Positions 11,758-25,240 are shown, counted from the first letter of the stretch. The stretch is 64,000 bases of DNA from the human T2T-CHM13v2.0 reference genome, Homo sapiens (GCF_009914755.1 NC_060944.1); one strand, 5' to 3'. The notes: generated by a model not told the origin, from the sequence alone. Translations and numbers: made by a program.

Positions 11758-12964
11758 CTCTACCAGGAGCATTTCCAGGGACTGGTGGAGCAGGCACAGG
11801 TGGAGCTTCAGCTCAGAAGTAGCTCATGTCACTTCCACTCATTCCATTGGCTGAAGCAAGTCACGAAGGCATGCCTGAGTCCACAGGGTGGGGTTTACGG
11901 CCTTCCCATGGAGCGGGGCATTGTACGGTGAACAGTCACCCATTTTCCCCAAAATCACCACCTAAGGGGAAGAAGTGGCAGGTGAGCCCGTGGTCTCAAC
12001 CTCCCCTCCACTGGGCCTTTGCTCACTTGCCTCCTTCTCAAGGGGGCTTGCTGGGGCTGCGCCCTCTCCCACCCTCTTGTCTCCCTTCCCTGCTGTACAT
12101 TCCCCTGGTTCTTGCCTCTGTCCAGCACATGGATTCCCTTCGGATGCATTCTGAGTGTCCTCTGGCTCCCCTCCCACGTGCCAGCCCCACGAGGACAGGC
12201 CCTCGGTGTTACAGCTCAGCCCCTAGCACGTCTCCTGCCCGGCGCAGATGCTCCATGGATGTTGGTTGAGAGAGTGAGTGAATCCATGAGCGAATAAAAC
12301 TTTCAGGACTAGGTGATCTCCAAGAACACGCTGGAATTCTCCCATTCCAGCAGGAATTGGAGGCTGTTCTTTCCTGTCCCTAAGCCTACCCATCCCATGG
12401 TCTCACTTCCTGCCAGAATAACAGATCCTGTCCTTATGCCAAGGGAGTAAACCTCCGTCCCTTCCTCGTAGTTGGCCAGTTTAGCTCCTAGTCAGTAACC
12501 CGCAGGAGCAGGGTGTTTGGTAACCAGGAGCTACCAACTGTAATGAGGACACCTGCAGAAGCCAGGGCCTCTGCTGGTTGCTATGGAAACCCTGCAAAGG
12601 GAAAGTCAGCCTTTCCTCATCAGAGCTATGTGGAGGCAGATGCATGTTGGTGATCTCATTAGCCCTTCCAACCAGTGGCCCCTGGAAGTTTCCTGCTTGC
12701 ACCCTCTCTTGCCCATCCACTCTCTCCCTGAGCTCTGGAGATGAGAGCAAGTGTTGTCCTGGGGTCCTTGGCCTTGTGGGGTTTTACAGTCTATGCAATA
12801 TAATCTACAAGCATTTATTGAGCATCTTTTATGTGCTTGGGCCCAAGTGCAGCCTTTTTCCCCCAAAGAGAAGACATTGAAAAACCCACAGCAGTGTGGC
12901 CAAGCACACGTTCTGGAGCCCGACCGTCTGGTTCAAGTCTCAGCCCTGCCATTCTCTTGCTATG

Positions 12965-13400
12965 TGTGGTGCCTTTAAAATACTTCTACAAGTTCTTTGA
13001 CAGTCCTTCCGCTAGAAATATTTTTGTTTCTCTGCTGTTGACTAGGAATGAGTCGTCCTCACGGACAGCATGTAGGGGAAGTGGAAACTGCAAATTCCCA
13101 AGGTTTGGTCACAAAAGGCAGTTCAGATCTCGCCCCTTTCTCTCCCTCTCTCTCTCTCGACTTGTTTCTTAGGAGCTCTGGCCCAAGGTGTCAGAACTTT
13201 GATGACCCTGAAGCTAGGCTGGAGATGTCATGACAACAGATTGCGCGGAGACAGACAGAGATGGTGGGGGAGCCCTAGCTCCTGGCCTCAGCATCGCTGT
13301 GGGTATGAGGCTCAGAGGGGTAGACACGCTCCAAGACCACCAGGCAATGCCTTATCTGCAGGCATCCCAGAATGTGAACTTGAGCCTCCTCCAGCTAACA
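12965..13400 (+). mobile_element. MaLR LTR fragment (MLT1F/G-like)
   Basis: tgtggtgcctttaaaatacttctacaagttctttgac...ggtcacaaaaggcagttcag. Confidence 0.45.
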
Positions 13401-14654
13401 CAGACTCCCTGCTCCCATGGTGTGGGAGGGAGGAGGCAGAGCCCAGAGGGGAGACAATCTGGTTGTGCAGAGAGGAACACTGAGGGCTGTGTTCTGAGTG
13501 GCAAGGAGCAAGGGACTCGCAGGGGCAAGGCTGGGGGCAAGGCCAGCCACAGGCAGAAGTCGGGGCTGAGCACAATTTGCACAGCTCTAGCAAGTTCTAA
13601 CTTCTCCTCCTATAGTTTCTTCTATAGCTCCCGAGACACTGCTCCTTGTGAGTGGTGGTACCAAGAAAGGGACAGAAGCAAGACACAGGCAGAGAAAGAT
13701 AGAGACACAGAGAGACAGGGAAGTGCCCAAAGGAAGACAGACTGAAGCAGAAAGAAAAAGAAAGAGCAAGAGAAAGTGAGAGAGAGATCAAGGGGAAGAC
13801 AGAGAGAGAAACGGAGGCTGGATGGATTCCAAGAGCTACAGAAAGTCGGGGTCGGGTGGCGGGGGCATTAGGCTCCAGGTATTGAGAACCCCAAGTCTGA
13901 TCCCATGGAAGTCACTGCTTCTGCCTCCTGGGAAAAGGCTGGCAGCTGTTCTTGCTGGTCACCTACCCCTGCATTCCTGGTCCCACCACCCCCAGACACA
14001 TAGGAGCTCCGTGTGCTACAACAGGCCTTTGTTTCCCTGAGGGTCCATTCTGCGCCCAGCCCCATCTCTGCCCTGACTCCCAAGCTGCCCACCTCCTGGC
14101 GTGAACAGATGCCCCCCTCTTCTTGTTTTCCCTGTGGACAGAGGGGACCCAGCCTGGGCTTCTCCAGGCCCGGGCATTGTGGATTCAGGGCAGACGCCCT
14201 CCCTGGGAAGTCAGAGGGAACAGATGTGCTTCTGTGGTCTCCATGGAGACCTGCCAGCCGGGCAACCTCAATGGGCAGCCGGGCCTCGAAGCTTTTGTCT
14301 TTGCAAAGCCTTTCGCTGAATGCAAACACTAAAAGCAAATCTGCCAGGCATCCAGAGAGACTGGGGCTTCCCTCCTGGCCTCTTGGGGCCTGGCCAACTA
14401 GGACACCCCAAAGCAGGAACAGATGCATGGCGGCCCTTGGTGAACTCTCAGAGGACCCCAGGCACAGGCTCTGGTTAAATAATGCTCGGCTCCACCTGCT
14501 GTTGTTAAAACATGCCAATGCCCACTCCAGTTATAGTACGATGGCCCCACAAGTCTGCCCTGGAAGAAAGAAAAGAACAACCCTGGCCTGTCTTGAATGG
14601 ATATCAAAAAGCATGTTCAACAGGTGGAGGCAGATGACTAGAATATTTCACGGC

Positions 14655-14960
14655 CAATTGTTTATTCATTCGGCAATGGACTAGGGTATAGGCAGTGAGC
14701 ACCCCAGACACAGACTGTCCTCTCATGGAGCTGATATGAAGTAGAGGAGATGGACACTCAACACGGTGACAACTAAATAAGAAGTTTCCAGCCAAGGAAA
14801 CAAGAGCAGATCGAGGGCTAGAGAGTAATGAGAGTGGGTGGGGCCTATGTCATGGGGCACACAGGGAAAGTGGTTCCAAGCAGGTGACATGACAGCAGAG
14901 ACCTGAATGTGATGAGGAAGAGTGGCCTAGGAGGAGGGCTCAGAGTCCAGTGTAAAGGCT
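14655..14960 (-). mobile_element. L2 3' fragment
   Basis: tttattcattcggca...tcctctcatggagctgata...gcagagacctgaatgtgatgagg. Confidence 0.65.
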
Positions 14961-15230
14961 CAGAGTCCACCTTATTCAGAAGCTAAGGCACTCACTAATC
15001 AGAATTATTCCCACCCACTCAGGATGCTTCCTGGCTTCATGAAGATGGAGGCACAGCCTCTGCCCCAGGAAGACCTTGTAAGATCTTCTTCCTCTTCCAG
15101 AGGGCAGGGTCAGGTAGGGGGTGCAGAGAGCTCCAGGGGGCTCCCCTTTCAGGTTAACCTGCATGTGAGGCTGATGTTCAGGTGCTGTGGGACCTTAAAA
15201 CCACAGAGCTGGAAGGTTCCTCTGGGGTCA

Positions 15231-15940
15231 CATAACTGCCCAGTGGGTTCTCCTTGCGTGCTGCCCAGACAGAGCCAATTTATCAAGAGAGGAGAATTAC
15301 AACAGAGAAAGAGTTTAATTCACACAGTGCTGGCTGAAGGGGAGAGCAGAGTTTTATTACTCAAATCAGTCTCTCTGAAAATTCAGAGGCCAGGGTTTTT
15401 CAAGCACAGTTTGTTAAGCAGGAGGCTAGGGAATGGGTGCTGCTGATTGGTTGGGGATGCAATCATCGGGGTGTGGAAAACAGTCCTTGTACTCTGAATT
15501 CACCTCTGGGTGGGGCCACAAGGACCGAGTTAAAAGTCACAGGTCCAGGTAGAGTCATCCAGGTGGTTTTCAGGAATGCAGAAGTCTGAGAAGACACCTC
15601 AAAAGGCCACTCCTAGGTTCTACAATCATCCTGTTATCTGCAGGAGTCACTGGGGAAGTTGCAAATCTTGTGGCCTCCAGAATAATGATTGGTAAAATCC
15701 TTTTTGCCTGGTAGAATTTGGGCTCCTCTCATCCTTCTAACCCAGTGGTCTTTCATTAGGAGGTTTAGTTTGTGGGAAGGGATATTACCATTTAAACTAT
15801 ACACTAAATTTCTCCCAAGGTTAGCTTGCCAAGCACAAGAATGACCAAGGGCAGTTGGAGGCTGAAGGCAAGATAGGGGTTGGTTAGGTCAGATGTCTTT
15901 CACGGCCATAATTTTCTGTTATAATTTTTGCAAAGGAGGA
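15231..15940 (-). mobile_element. ERV1 LTR, LTR8-family (terminal ~6 bp displaced to 16573-16578 by MER41B)
   Basis: Reverse-complement homology to the LTR at 26-742 (gggaatgggtgctgctgattggttggggatgcaatcat). GTCA at 15227-15230 recurs at 16579-16582 after tttcca. Confidence 0.85.
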
Positions 15941-15942
15941 AT

Positions 15943-16572
15943 TGTCAGAGGTGAACCAGGAGATTCCATCTTGAATAGGGGCTGGAAAAAATGAGGCTGA
16001 GACCTGCTGGGCTGCATTCCCAGGAGGTTAGGCATTCTTAGTCACAGGATGAGGTAGGAGGTCAGCACAAGATACAGGTCACAAAGACCCCGCTGATAAA
16101 ACAGGATGTGGTAAAGAAGCCCACCAAAACCCACCAAAACCAAGACAGTGACCAAAGTGATCTCTGGTCATCCTCAATGCTCATTATACACCAATTATAA
16201 TGCATCAGCATGCTAAAAGACACTTCCACTAGTGCCAGGACAGTTTACAAATGCCATGACAACATCAAGAAGTTACCCTCTATGGTCTACAATGGGGAGG
16301 TACCCTCAGTTCCAGGAATTGCCTGCCCCTTTCCTGGAAAACTCATGAATAATCCACCCCATGTTTAGCATATGGTCAAGAAATAACTATAAGTATACTC
16401 GGTCAAGCAGCCCATGCTGCTGCTCTGCCTATGGAGTAGCCATTCTTTTATTCCTTTACTTTCTTAATAGACTTGCTTTCACTTTACTCTATGGACTTGC
16501 CCCAAATTCTTTCTTGCATGAGGTCCAAGAACCTTCTCTTGGGGTCTGGATCAGGACCCCTTTCTGGTAATG
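15943..16572 (+). mobile_element. Solo ERV1 LTR MER41B
   Basis: tgtcagagg...ccatcttgaataggggctgg...ctcagttccaggaattgcctgcccctttcctggaaaactcatgaataatccacccc...ggggtctggatcaggacccctttctggtaa. Confidence 0.9.
16310..16339. promoter_or_regulatory. Tandem GAS (STAT) motifs in MER41B
   Basis: TTCCAGGAA (16310-16318) and TTCCTGGAA (16331-16339) both match TTCCNGGAA. Activity not shown. Confidence 0.65.
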
Positions 16573-16589
16573 TTTCCAGTCACTCAGGC

Positions 16590-16845
16590 CAGCATTTCCC
16601 AAACACCAGCATTCATGTCCACCAGCACCGTCTTGTACCTGCATCTCACCTGGGCAAAATTACCTATGTCCTTTCAAACCTGCTTTCCATCAACTCTCTT
16701 GTAAGAATCAACCTCATACTTGGGAATAGCAATTATCACATTATTTCTTGTTCTTTCTATTTCTTGATAAATAGTTATTAAAATAGAAACATGCATGTCC
16801 AGGTACCACCTGAAATCTGCCCACTGATGCCACTTTGGCAGCACT
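16590..16845. mobile_element. Diverged hAT-Charlie-type MITE
   Basis: Charlie-like termini cagcatttcccaaa ... tttggcagcactg around an AT-rich interior. Confidence 0.4.
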
Positions 16846-17869
16846 GTTCTTGTCCAGCCTCTGAGTTTATGCACAGCTGAGGCCCAGAGACATGAGAGGA
16901 TTTGTACAAAACCGCAGGATTAGCAAACTCTCTTCATTTCCAACTCCCTGTCTGTCCTCTGGGCTGGCTCATTCCCAGCCGACATTCAGAAAACAGGCCC
17001 AGTGACCCAGGTCACCCAGTTCTCAGAGGATGCCAGGTCTCAGTGCTCTTTGATTTCTTTCTGAATAAGCTGTCTCTTTCCTCCTCAATCTCTCCCTTCC
17101 ATCTCTCCTTCCCTCCCTCCTTTCCTCCTTCCTTCTCCCTCCCTCTCCACTCTCCATAGTTCTGAAGTCACCAAGAAGATTGTGGAAACTTAACTCTTCC
17201 TAACTCACTGATTCCAAGCCACTCTTTCCAGAGAAAACACCATTTATTTCACCCTCTTCTCCATAAAGGGGCAAAAAGATCCTTATTCCTCATGAACATT
17301 TTGAAACAACCTATCACATCAAATATGGGTCAAATCACCCCCAACAGAATCCTTCAGGGAGGATTAATGGATACATTTATTGACTCAACAATTTTTATTG
17401 TTATTTATTTTGCTACTTTTAAAATATGACATTTATTGGTTAGGTGGTTTGATACAGAAGAGCTTTCTTTTCATTCTGCTTTTGAAAGTTCTATACAACT
17501 GAATACAAAGAGGAACAAGAAGTACCAAAATCAAACTTATTATTCCCTGTCCATGTGGCATTGACCAGTTTTGTATATAACAGATAGCGACAGTTTTTAA
17601 GTTTCCTTTAGAAAAATACGAATTCTACACATTTGCTATTGTTTCCTGTCTAATGCATGGGCTGACATCACTGGGATCAGCTTCCTTCTTGAAGAAAAAA
17701 AGGAGATGAAAGAGACCAACATAGGGTCAGAACGCATGGCGAATCTTTCTGAAGCTGGCATCTGACTGTCACGTAGCTTCCCCAGAGCTGCTGGAAAACA
17801 GCCCTCTGGGTTTTTGTTTTTGTGGGGTTTTTTTTTTCACAGCCAGGTATTTCATGTAGTGATTGAATC

Positions 17870-18050
17870 TCAGCATTTCAACAAATATTTATTAAGAACT
17901 CAAATGTGAGTCAGACCCTGTTCAAATCACTGGAAGCAAAGCAACGAGCAAAAGAAAAATCCTGCCCTGGTGGAGCTTATATTCTGCTTGGGGAAAACAG
18001 GTAATGAACCAACAAACAAAGGTACCATTGAAACAAAAATGAATGAATGA
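17870..18050 (-). mobile_element. L2 3' end
   Basis: cattcaacaaatatttatt-like end (catttcaacaaatatttatta), cctgccctggtggagcttatattct. Confidence 0.7.
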
Positions 18051-18249
18051 ATCATTAGTCTTCATGCAAATTCCTTTCCATCCGTCAAAACCTGGCTTAA
18101 CTCTGCTTTCTCCTGGCAGCCCTCCCAGCTCCAGAACATCTGGACGCTCTGTCCTCTGCCTCCCATGGCACATGACACACGACATGTGGCCCTGCAGAGA
18201 GCCACTAGCAGCTCAGGGGATGTTCAATGAATGAAAACAGATGAATGAG

Positions 18250-18730
18250 CATGTGCTTATGTGCAGAAAACAACTGCGGATGTGCTTGTGTTTACGTGCA
18301 TTGGATGACAGGTGTGTGTGTGTTTGTGCACACGTGCTAATGGAGGAGGCTAGGTATGTGGGTGTGTGCTTGGGTGCAGTGAATTGTGTTTTGTGGGTTG
18401 GAATGAGGTTGTATTCAGCACGAGCAAAGATATACAGTACCTGAGCAGGAGGTTTTGTGGTTCACAAGAGTGTGTGCATTTAACATATATGTACAAGTAG
18501 GTGTGAGTGTGTGCTTTATAAGTGCATGTGTATGTGTGTAACAGAGGGTGTGGGAGTGTGTGTGTGTTTGCAAGTGCATGTATATGAGTGTGGGTAAGAG
18601 AGTAAGTATATTTGTGTGTGTGTTTGCTAGCGTGTGTATGTGTCTAAGACTGAGTGTATTTGTAGTGTGTGTTTGCAAGTTCGTGTGTGTGAGTGTGTGT
18701 GTTTGCATGTGTGTGGTAGGCACAGACACA
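18250..18730. repeat. Degenerate (TG)-rich simple repeat
   Basis: Seen directly. Gives the VCVC/THTH ORFs. Confidence 0.9.
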
Positions 18731-18862
18731 CGCCTAACAGTTCCTGCCTGACTGGCAGGTGTGGATTACAGACCACACTGACTTTGTGGCGATCCAGAAA
18801 TGCAGAGCAGGGATGGATTTCTGCCCAGGATTCAGGAAGAGGGAAGAGGAGAATGGTAGCGG

Positions 18863-19346
<484 letters not shown>

Positions 19347-21029
19347 CTAAACCCCCTTCTCTGTGAAGACAGAGACTGTGAAGCAACTGCCTTTGAAGAG
19401 GCCATGCCTGTCTGAGCTGAGCTCCTCCATAAGAGGTGGTCTCAGTGTAGGAAGAACCATCAGACCACTGGGCCCACCCTGACTCCACTGCTATGAGCTC
19501 CATGGTGCTGGATAAATGGCTCCGCTCCTCTGCTGCCTCATCCACATCACAGACATAAAAAACCCATCTGGCTCAGGGGGCGGAGGAATAAAGAAAGATT
19601 GGTTCCCACACAGCACATAACCAATGCCCTGAACAAACGCCATTCTCGGTGTCATTGCCTGTTCCTATCATGGGGCAAAGCTTCCACACAGGACCCAGGC
19701 CAGCAGACACCAGAACTGCTCCCCCTCGGTCACCCATCCTCATGGCTCCTGCCTGCCTGCTTAGGGGCTGTCCCTGGGGTTCCCCAGGGCTGTCCCATGC
19801 TCCTCCCAGGCCTCCTGACCATGTCCTTGGTCAGGTCTCTATTCCCCTACCCCTGCCCCCACTGAGGGCTGACTTTGGCCTCTTCTTGGAGATCCCAGAG
19901 GACTACCCAGGGACCACCTATTTCCCCCACCCAACCTGGACAGCCTGCCTGGCTGTGCTCCTGTGCCTTTCTCCTCTCCCTTTACCCTCCTGCTCATCCA
20001 GCAGGAGCAAAGCTCCACATGCTGTCTTCTGACTCCTCTTCCCCTATCACTGCACGCAGGAGACCTGGCCACACTGAAGTGGCCCCACTTTCCTGCCCCC
20101 TCACTCACTCCCAAACAAACCCCCACTCCCTCCAGAGAGAAGGCAGGTGGAGGAAGCAAGAGTCGAGAGCTGGGTCTGCACAGCTGAGTTCCCCTCGGGA
20201 CCCTCCCAAGTGCCCCAGAGGGTCCTGGCTTGCTCAGCTCCACATGCCACCCACTAGCCACGCTGGGCAGCTTACCTTTCCAGCTACCCGGAACCCAGGG
20301 CTCCAAATCTCCGAGATGGCTTCTCAGCCAGAAAAGTCCTCCTGTTGACTTCTTCGTTCCCCTCGCTGTTCCAGGGAAGGTCAGGCTATGTGGATTTATT
20401 CTCCATTAAATGATACATGCTGATCTATGCACCCTCACTATAGCCAGAGCCGCTCCCACAGTGCAGAGCTGTCAGCGTGGCTGGGTGGTCAGGGCCACAG
20501 CCCCAGGCTGGGAAGACTCAGCCCATCTCTTGAGGTCCACCTGGGTCCCAGCCACAGCTGAATGGAGCTTCTGACTCCTGTGCCCTTGGAGGTGTGGAAT
20601 GGGACTTAACCAGAGAGGCCTGATGCCGCCGACTCCCCACAGCAAGGACACCAGATGCCTTCCAGGAAGCCACAGGCCCTGCCACCTCCAACTCCATCCT
20701 CAGGTCCTCTGCAGATATCTGCCACAGAATTCAGCCCACGGAGACCAGGAACTCCAAGGGCAGTCGATCAGGCCTGACTGTGCCAGGGAGCCCAACCCCA
20801 TCCACCCCCTGATGACAAAATCTTCAACTGCTCAAGATGCCTGCACCGAGGAGCAACATGGGGTCAGCATCCACTGGGAAACCATCACTCATGCTGGGGG
20901 CGGCCTGAGAGCAGAGCCCGGCCCATAGTAAATTCTCAGCAAATACTGCTTATTTTTAATATCCTCCCAAAAATGCAACCACCAACTGATGGTTTGCCAA
21001 ACTTCAGTCATTTACACCTTAGCTTCCTG

Positions 21030-21346
<317 letters not shown>

Positions 21347-22090
21347 TGATAGCAACACCTGTCTCTAGTTTTTCCTAGATTTTTCAAAATGGATACATAT
21401 TCTACTTAAGCACAGCTATTTATTACAGAAATCACACGCTCTCTCTCTCTCTTCGTATTTTGACGTTTAAAACCAGTGCCATAAATAGAAGATAATAATA
21501 AAAGGAAATACAGTGTGAGTAGTATCACAGTGGCTTCCAGGCTCTGAGCCTGAGGCCTGCTCCATCCGCAGAAGGATGAGCAAGCGATAGCGAAGCATTC
21601 AAGGCAGGCTTTCGATGGGCGGAGACTCTGGCCAGGGGAAAACAGAGGGATCAAAAGAGATTTGCACCTGCGAGTCCATGTCATTGCGTGTGACACGTCA
21701 GCCTGCTACCAAAACACCTTGCGTTTGTCTGAAAGCCCCCCCACCTTTCTGTGTGGCTCACACGTCCTGCACTGTGGGAAATACGGAGTCCACCAAGCAG
21801 CCAGGCACCATGGCTGGAAGATCAGATCTGTGCCAGGTCAGCCCATGCGCTCCCATCTGGCTCAAGTCAGTTTCTTTACCTGTGAAATGGGAGGAGATAT
21901 TAGACTGATTTCCCTAAGGTCCCTGCAGCTCTGATCTGCTGAGAAGTCTAACACAACACATCCCTGTGATTTTCCAGGATGTTTAAGAACATCAGGAGAC
22001 CATCAGTTAAGACAATCTGGGGTCATCACCCAGTCAGCCCTGGTTGCTTTATTGAGCACCACCTGTGTCCGGAGCACGGCATAGCATAAA

Positions 22091-22677
22091 TGAGGTAGGT
22101 TAGATGATGTGGTCACAGTCTCCCTTAAAGGAGACTTAAAGGAGACCTTAAAGTCTCCCTCGAAGGAGAGCGAACTTGCTAAATATATGGAGAGAACGCA
22201 CTGCCCAATTGTGCACAAACTACATCCTGGGCTTGTGGTTAGAATATCCTGCAGCCAGGAGGTAGAGGAGCAGAAAGGAAAATCCCCAAATTCATGCAAG
22301 TGCAGAAACTTGTGATTAATGTCCTTGGGTTGACCTGTGCTTATTATAACAGTAAAAAACACCTCAGTGGAGATTTACAATGCTAATGAGACATGTATGT
22401 ACAACCATGCACAGCCGCAGCCTATGCACTGCCAGAAAACCACCCAGAACATGCTCAGCAGCAGAGCCCCTTCCTGGCCCTTCATGAATTCTCATGGAAG
22501 ACCCCCAAATCTGCAGCGTCCGTCGGTGCAGCCTCACCCTTGCTCAGCCTGCTCTGATCAGCTGGCAGAGCACACTTCCGTTTTGCAATCCACTCCCTTG
22601 CTTGCTTTTACTTTGGACTTGCTCTCAAATTCTTTTGTGTGGCGGAGTCAAGAACCTGAACCTGCCCACAGGCAACA
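22091..22677 (+). mobile_element. Solo ERV1 LTR (MER4-group, subfamily uncertain) inserted in an L2
   Basis: TG...CA ends (tgaggtagg ... ggcaaca), TSD TAAA at 22087-22090 / 22678-22681, typical R/U5 ctcaaattcttttgtgtggcggagtcaagaacctg. Confidence 0.8.
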
Positions 22678-22934
22678 TAAAGAGACAAAAGGCAGGTCCT
22701 CCCTCCCGTGAAGGAGGCAGCTGGCAACAGGAGGCACTTTCTGGGATATCAACAAGGCCTCTGTGTCACAGGGATGCCCACTCCTGCCCACCCATGCCGG
22801 GAGGACCCTATGATGGCTGAACTCTCACTGAAGGCGGGGGCTTGATGGCCAACACCCCAGCAAACAAGCTTCATTTGTTTAACACGTTCAGTATCTGTCT
22901 TTCCACTTGCTGCCACCCCAGCTCCCCTACACAA

Positions 22935-23190
22935 GCACACACACGTGCACACACACACGCACACTCACACACTCACACCCACCCACTCTCTCACGCACAC
23001 ACACGCACTCACACCCATTCACTCACTCACAGGCACACACCCTCACACACCCTCACACGCACACTCACACTCTCACACCCACCTGCCCACTCTTTCACAC
23101 ACACTATCATACACACTCACACTCACACCCACTCATACACTCACAGACACACACACTCTCACACACACATGCTCTCACACACACACACAC
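22935..23190. repeat. Degenerate (CA)/(CACT)-rich simple repeat
   Basis: Seen directly. Confidence 0.9.
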
Positions 23191-23264
23191 AAGCTCCACG
23201 AGGGCAGGGCTTTGCTCATTGTAGTAATTATGGCATCCCCATTGCTTGACCAATAACCACTGGA

Positions 23265-23590
23265 CTCATTCATCCCACAAATAGTTATTGCACACCTGCC
23301 GTGTGCCAGGGGCCAGGCGTATAGAGTTGAAAGAGGCAAGTACAGCCCTTCTTCACGTGAAGTCTGCATTGTGGTTATGGGGTCAGTTAAGCCAAGAAGC
23401 CAATAAACACATAATTCCAGGCAATTATAGATGCTGTGGAAAAAAGAATGCAGGGCAGGAGATGGAGCGAGAGAGTGGGGCTGCTGTTGACAGTGGTCAG
23501 GGATGGTTTCTCGGAGGAGGTGCCTGTGAGTAGAGCCCTGCGTGTGATGACAGCCAGCTCGGAAGGGCAAATCATTCCAGCCCGGCCCGG
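23265..23590 (-). mobile_element. L2 3' fragment
   Basis: ctcattcatcccacaaatagttattgcacacctgccgtgtgccagg...gtggtcagggatggtttctcggaggaggtg. Confidence 0.7.
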
Positions 23591-24339
23591 CATTCCACAG
23601 CCTCCTCCCAGCCCTCATGTGTCTCCCCGGTCCTCATCACCACCTGGTATTCCCTGTACATTTCTTTCTTGTCAGTCTCCCTGAGTGTAATTTAAATTCC
23701 ATAAGGGAAGGGATAATGCTCACCGTGCATACTTGGAGCCTAGAACAGTGCCTGACACGTAGTAGGGTCTCCACGCATGTTTGTTGAATGAAAGACTATC
23801 ACATTGCCTTGTGATTGTTTACATTACAATACGATTAAAACATTAGTTTGTGACTCATCTCTTTTTCTTCTTTCTGATAGCCCCTGTGGACTTCTCAGCC
23901 GAAAAAGAATGGCAAGGTGACCTTCTGTCCTTTGGGAAGCAAACCAGGCCTGGGGGCTCTGAGTTCTGAGCCCCTTTCTGTCCAGGTTTCAAGGCTGACA
24001 CCTCGTGACCATCAAGTAATGATGGTAGCCGGGTGCCATGGGAGGGAATGAAGGCTGGCTGGGGGTTACAGAGAGGAAGGAGTTACAGAGAGGAAGGAGT
24101 GGGTCCTGCAGGTTGGTTCCTGAAGATGGGCAGAAAGGGTGGGGTTTGGGGACTCGAGGCGCATGGGAGGAAGGGCCTTTGGGGGGATGGCTCTGGGTGG
24201 GTTTGCGGGAAGCCAGACTGAGTACACAGAGGGAGGAATGTTTCTGCCGCCCAGCGCCGCAGCAGAACTTGGCCTTGACAATTGCCTGGAGGGTGGGAGG
24301 AAGAGTTGGAAGGGTTCTGATAGCAGCAACTGTTAACGT

Positions 24340-24590
24340 TCCCACCGTTATTAGGCTGGCTGGTGCGTATCGAGGGCTTACTATGCCAGCAGTGTTCTCA
24401 GCGTTTCCCACATATTGAGAGATTCAATCATCACAACAGTTCTATGAACAGGGACTATTATTCCCCTTTTACAGATGAAGAAACGGAGGCAAAGAATGAG
24501 GCAGTAACTTTCCCAAAGCCACACAGCTGCTAAGTGACAGAGCCAGGGTTCAGCTCAGGTGGTCTGGCTCCAGAGACACAGCTCAGCCAG
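24340..24590 (-). mobile_element. MIR
   Basis: ccccttttacagatgaagaaacggaggc...cccaaagccacacagctgctaagtgacagagccagg. Confidence 0.85.
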
Positions 24591-25009
24591 CCTCACCTGA
24601 GGACGAGGGGCCCTTTTTCTCGGGCTGGGTGAGCCCCCTCCCCATCCACCCGAAATCATGAAATCCCCAAAATAATGAAGATTCAATTTTAAAATGAGGA
24701 GTTGACACATCTCAGGGGAACAAGTCCCCATTTGAGCATTTCTACCTCCCTTCCCACAAAGGTGTAGAGATTGTACCTGCTCCTACCATGACGATGACAA
24801 CATGTAAGCAAACCTCTAACCGTGAAACACAAGTCCTGGGCATCCCGCTGGGCAGGGTCTTTGGTCCTCCACGGGGACAGGTCCTGTGAGAGGGTGGCAT
24901 TCTCCTGGGTGGGAACATCCTCTGTAAATGCAACTCCCAGAGTATCCCCCCGGCCACTGACTGTGCCTTGACTCTGGGATGGGAAGATCATCTTTCCAGA
25001 GACAGGGAA

Positions 25010-25240
25010 AGAAGCAGTGGTTCGGAGGCAGTCAGGGTTCCAGTCCCAGCTCTGCCAGTAAGTAGCTGTGTGACCTTGGGCAAGTTGCTTGGCCTCTCTG
25101 TGCCTCGGTGTCCTCCTCTGTAAAATGGGCATGAAGGTAATGGCCCCTCCCACAGAGAGGGCTTGGGGATGAGCTTTGTCAGCACGCATAATGGAGCAGT
25201 ACTGGGCACAGGGTAGGCGCCCTGCAAAGTCAGATGTTCT
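25010..25240 (+). mobile_element. MIR
   Basis: gggttccagtcccagctctgcc...gctgtgtgaccttgggcaagtt...ctgtaaaatggg. Confidence 0.85.

Larger units (their letters stand above)
10930..11950 (-). mobile_element. Old MaLR LTR (MLT1I/J-like), host of nested insertions
   Basis: atcagtcagaatgggctagattatgctg at the left; cacttccactcattccattggctgaagcaagtcac at the right. Confidence 0.55.

Noticed and set aside
14013-14684. 223-aa ORF, with an overlapping 216-aa antisense ORF (13868-14518)
   Set aside because: Non-ATG start, no recognisable domain, composition typical of random GC-rich DNA, and it ends in an L2.
26-15940. Two LTR8-family LTRs as ends of one provirus
   Set aside because: Opposite orientations, each with its own TSD (CTAC, GTCA), and no gag/pol sequence between them.
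22842-23256. His/Thr-rich ORFs (also 18415-18751)
   Set aside because: Translations of (CA)n/(TG)n simple repeats.
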